A stretch of 62,946 bases of DNA, filler included, from Licmophora abbreviata (lineage: Eukaryota), in NCBI GenBank assembly GCA_900291995.1. It is 11 parts of 11 records of this genome, joined end to end, with 100 filler letters (N's around TTAATTAATTAA, not from the genome) between each part and the next. Parts side by side here need not be neighbours in the genome. Positions count along the whole stretch, not along the records: positions 57,802 to 62,946 come from OLMU01001744.1; 10 more parts are not named here. One strand, 5' to 3'. A model generated the notes under the pieces. That model ran no database searches. It was given only the letters and a program-made list of their open reading frames with translations, and was not told where the DNA came from. The position numbers were made by a program, and so were the translations under genes. This document shows positions 60,274 through 62,946 of this stretch, piece after piece (positions within the stretch are counted from its first letter, which is position 1; each line of letters starts with the position of its first letter).

Positions 60274-62946
60274 CTAAGTCTTTATGGAAGAATCGAAACG
60301 CTGGTATGCCGGGCAAAAGCGGCTCAAATTGAAGTTGCGGGAGATGCGGGCCATGGAAGTTTCGCATTTGCGTTCGGGATTGGTAACCTTGGTGGCGTTT
60401 GTGCACCTCCCAGTAGTAATGGCCATGCAAAACTTGTGTGTAATGCGCGCGCCGTCGCGATTAAAAACAAAGTTTCGATCAAGTTCTCGCTCTTCCTCTG
60501 CAAAGCAGGTTATATCGCTGATGCACTGGCGCTCTTGAAGACCAGTCCACTGTCCTTTTGGACCAAAATAAACGGCGTTATCCGTGAGCGACTTCATGGC
60601 CGTGCTTGTGAGAATGACACCGCAGGGCGAGTTCTCAACTAGATCAATATTGTCCGTCGGGCATAGGCTGGAGCCATGAAGCAGGTCACACCGTACGGTG
60701 CTGTCCGCGCTCGAGGGAGTAGCAGCGGTTAGATATTTAGGAACAGATTCACAGGAAGAGCCCATATGATCGACGATACGACCCCCATAGCGATATTTTA
60801 GCTGTTGTAGTGCCGGAAGCTGATACGGTCTATCAAACAAGTCAAATGTGTGCACATGCGTGTGATTTGTAGTCGAGAGAAATAGTGCCGCAGAATGCCC
60901 TGCCCCAAAGCCCGTTTCACACACAGTGAAAGGTCGATTCTCCCTCTCAAGTACCATTTCGCTTTGTAGTTGCACGATGGTGAAGAGAAGTTCGGTCTGG
61001 CGAGGGTATAGAAATATTCCACCGGAGACCTTTGAGCCTGGAAACGATTCAACCGTAGCATCAATGGCACTCCATAGACTCAAGTACGGTTGATCTTCAG
61101 TACGATTATCAGGTTGACTCCTGCAGGCTTGCGATTCTATCCGCTTGGCGACAAATTCTTGCTCGACCTCCGTCGCCATGTGATCCAGAAATTCCCCGGC
61201 TACTGGAGCACAGGCAAGCTCTTGACGCAGCTCTTGCGGGTTGCACGTAGCGAGATTTGGAGAACATGAAGTACGCTCATTCTCAAAAAGGCAGTAGTGG
61301 AGAGGCACTTTTGCATCTGCGCACGTTCGATGCTGCGGAATGCGTTGACGGAGTAGATTCATAGTCCACGCTGACGGGGGAGGCATCAGCGTTCTGTTTC
61401 CCGCTACTATTGACTCTGTCAAAGTGCGGTAAAGGTCGGAGCCAGTCGCAAGCCGATTCTGATTCTCCATTAGTGTCGAGAGCGACAAAGTGGGGAAATG
61501 TTCGGGTAAAATGATTTCTGTCCAAGGCCGAAGGGCCTCGACTTGAACAGCGTAGTCTGCTACATTCGATCCTCCTTGAAGTCCATGATCACCGCGTACA
61601 ACAATCAACGTGTTGTTCGCATCGGCGCGCTTTAGCATTCCGCCAAGAAACGATGCCAAAGCGGTGTCATAAGCCTCGGCGGCGGATGACATACTTGGAT
61701 ACGAAGCGACAATGCAGTGAGTCGAGATTCAAGCAGTTGGCGTGCCGGGCACGGCGAAAAGTCGAAGGATGTGTCACTTACGTTCGATACGCAGAGTATT
61801 GGTGCGCAGCCATTGCGTTTACGTATGCCAGCTTAGGCGTATCAGCATATGCGTCCCACATCTTCTCGATATGCTCTAGTGACACCTGTACTTTCGGGAT
61901 GCTTCCGGGACCGGCGATGCAGGCGCTGTCGCTGCCCGCGACCTCAAAACGCCAGATGGGGCCTCTGATCTTGACTCCTTGGAGCAATGCTTTCCTCTCT
62001 ACTTCTCGACAAAACATCTTGTGGGGCAGAATATCGACATTCAATGGGAAAATATTGTTCTGAGTAACATAGATAGAATCATCGTAGCAGAATTCTTCGG
62101 AAAATAGGGTCACGTATCCGGCCATGTTCGCAATATCAAAGATCCATGGGCTTGGACTTCCATTCTTTGTACCAACGCGGCACCAGGTTTGTGTGTTGTG
62201 TCTAAATGTATTGACAAGGTACATTTGATTGACGATGCTTGAGTTATCAGCGCAGATAGTGTCTGACCCCAATACGGACGTCGACATACATCGTTCCGCA
62301 CCTGTGAGAACAACACATCCACCGAACGCAGATATCTGATTCGGGATTGAGTTCGACCCTGTCACAGAAAAGAACGGAAACTCTGCCGAGCACAATCCTT
62401 CATTGCATTTGTAGCCCTCGCCGGTCTTTTTGATCCTATGGATTTCTAGTAGCTCCCTTGTTTTTGGAAAGTGCCGGTCCGCATACGCAAACGATACCGA
62501 GTCGAGCTCGAGAAACAAGATGTTGGGTCGGAAGACTTTTGCATTTCTCGACCTGGATTCTCGAATTGCTCGTCTTCCAAGGACAGTGGGATTTCGTTGT
62601 ACGTCAATATTGAATGAGCGATGCCCATTGCAATCTGCAAGTCGAAACGTTTCTGAGCGAAGGCCTACACGCGTAGAAGGCATGGTGCAATTGTGCCAAG
62701 CTTTAATGTTGGAAGCACAGATGCATTGTCTGACCGGAGCGGTGCTGAAATTTCCTGCTGTCGATATTGAACATTGTGGCTGGGTCTCTTTGTTTTCCAT
62801 TGGAATATCTGCGTAGAACGAGAGTACGCTAGGCGGATAGGGCATCATCACGTTTCGTCCAGGCTTTGATGTACTGTCCAAGATGGAGCACAGTCCTCTG
62901 GGAATTTCAAGTGTGTTCAGACAAGTCTCTCTCCTCTTCGGGAGTG
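60274..62946 (-). CDS. DUF229/alkaline-phosphatase-superfamily domain fused to a class I methyltransferase (Methyltransf_24-like); start possibly outside window
   Basis: PNILFLELDSVS....RHFPKT, GSNSIPNQ, AMAAH, IVVRGDHG and LMENQNRLATGSDLYRTL; then VCETGFGAGHSAALFL..VHTFD. Intron 61694-61781. Confidence 0.75.

Overview
Gene-dense eukaryotic nuclear DNA from a draft scaffold, almost certainly a diatom (stramenopile). Support: short GT-AG introns, signal peptide plus AFAP-type plastid presequences, an Lhcz-type LHC protein and a mitochondrial TPI-GAPDH fusion. About 33 protein genes or fragments and 2 tRNAs (Leu-CAA, Val-AAC) are present. Ten 100-nt assembly spacers (N44-TTAATTAATTAA-N44) interrupt the window, and several apparent frameshifts fall in short homopolymers and look like sequencing errors. 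Most genes are housekeeping: TLDc, TPK channel, SLBP, SNU13, HECT, VASt, PPCS, ECH2, VTE6, CDC26, EngB, NSUN6, ZRANB3, SF1 and a Nup214-like fragment. Three items stand out. (1) A TRANK1-type UvrD helicase gene with a RelE/ParE-like module, an apparently circularly permuted RING finger and an acidic PxL-motif array (13.4-17.7 kb). (2) A convergent gene pair encoding JMJD8-like JmjC plus two methyltransferases, facing a DUF229/alkaline-phosphatase-superfamily plus methyltransferase protein (57.8-62.9 kb). (3) An SNF5-PHD-bromodomain protein ending in three NUMOD1-like modules. All family calls are by motif recognition from memory; no database searches were run.
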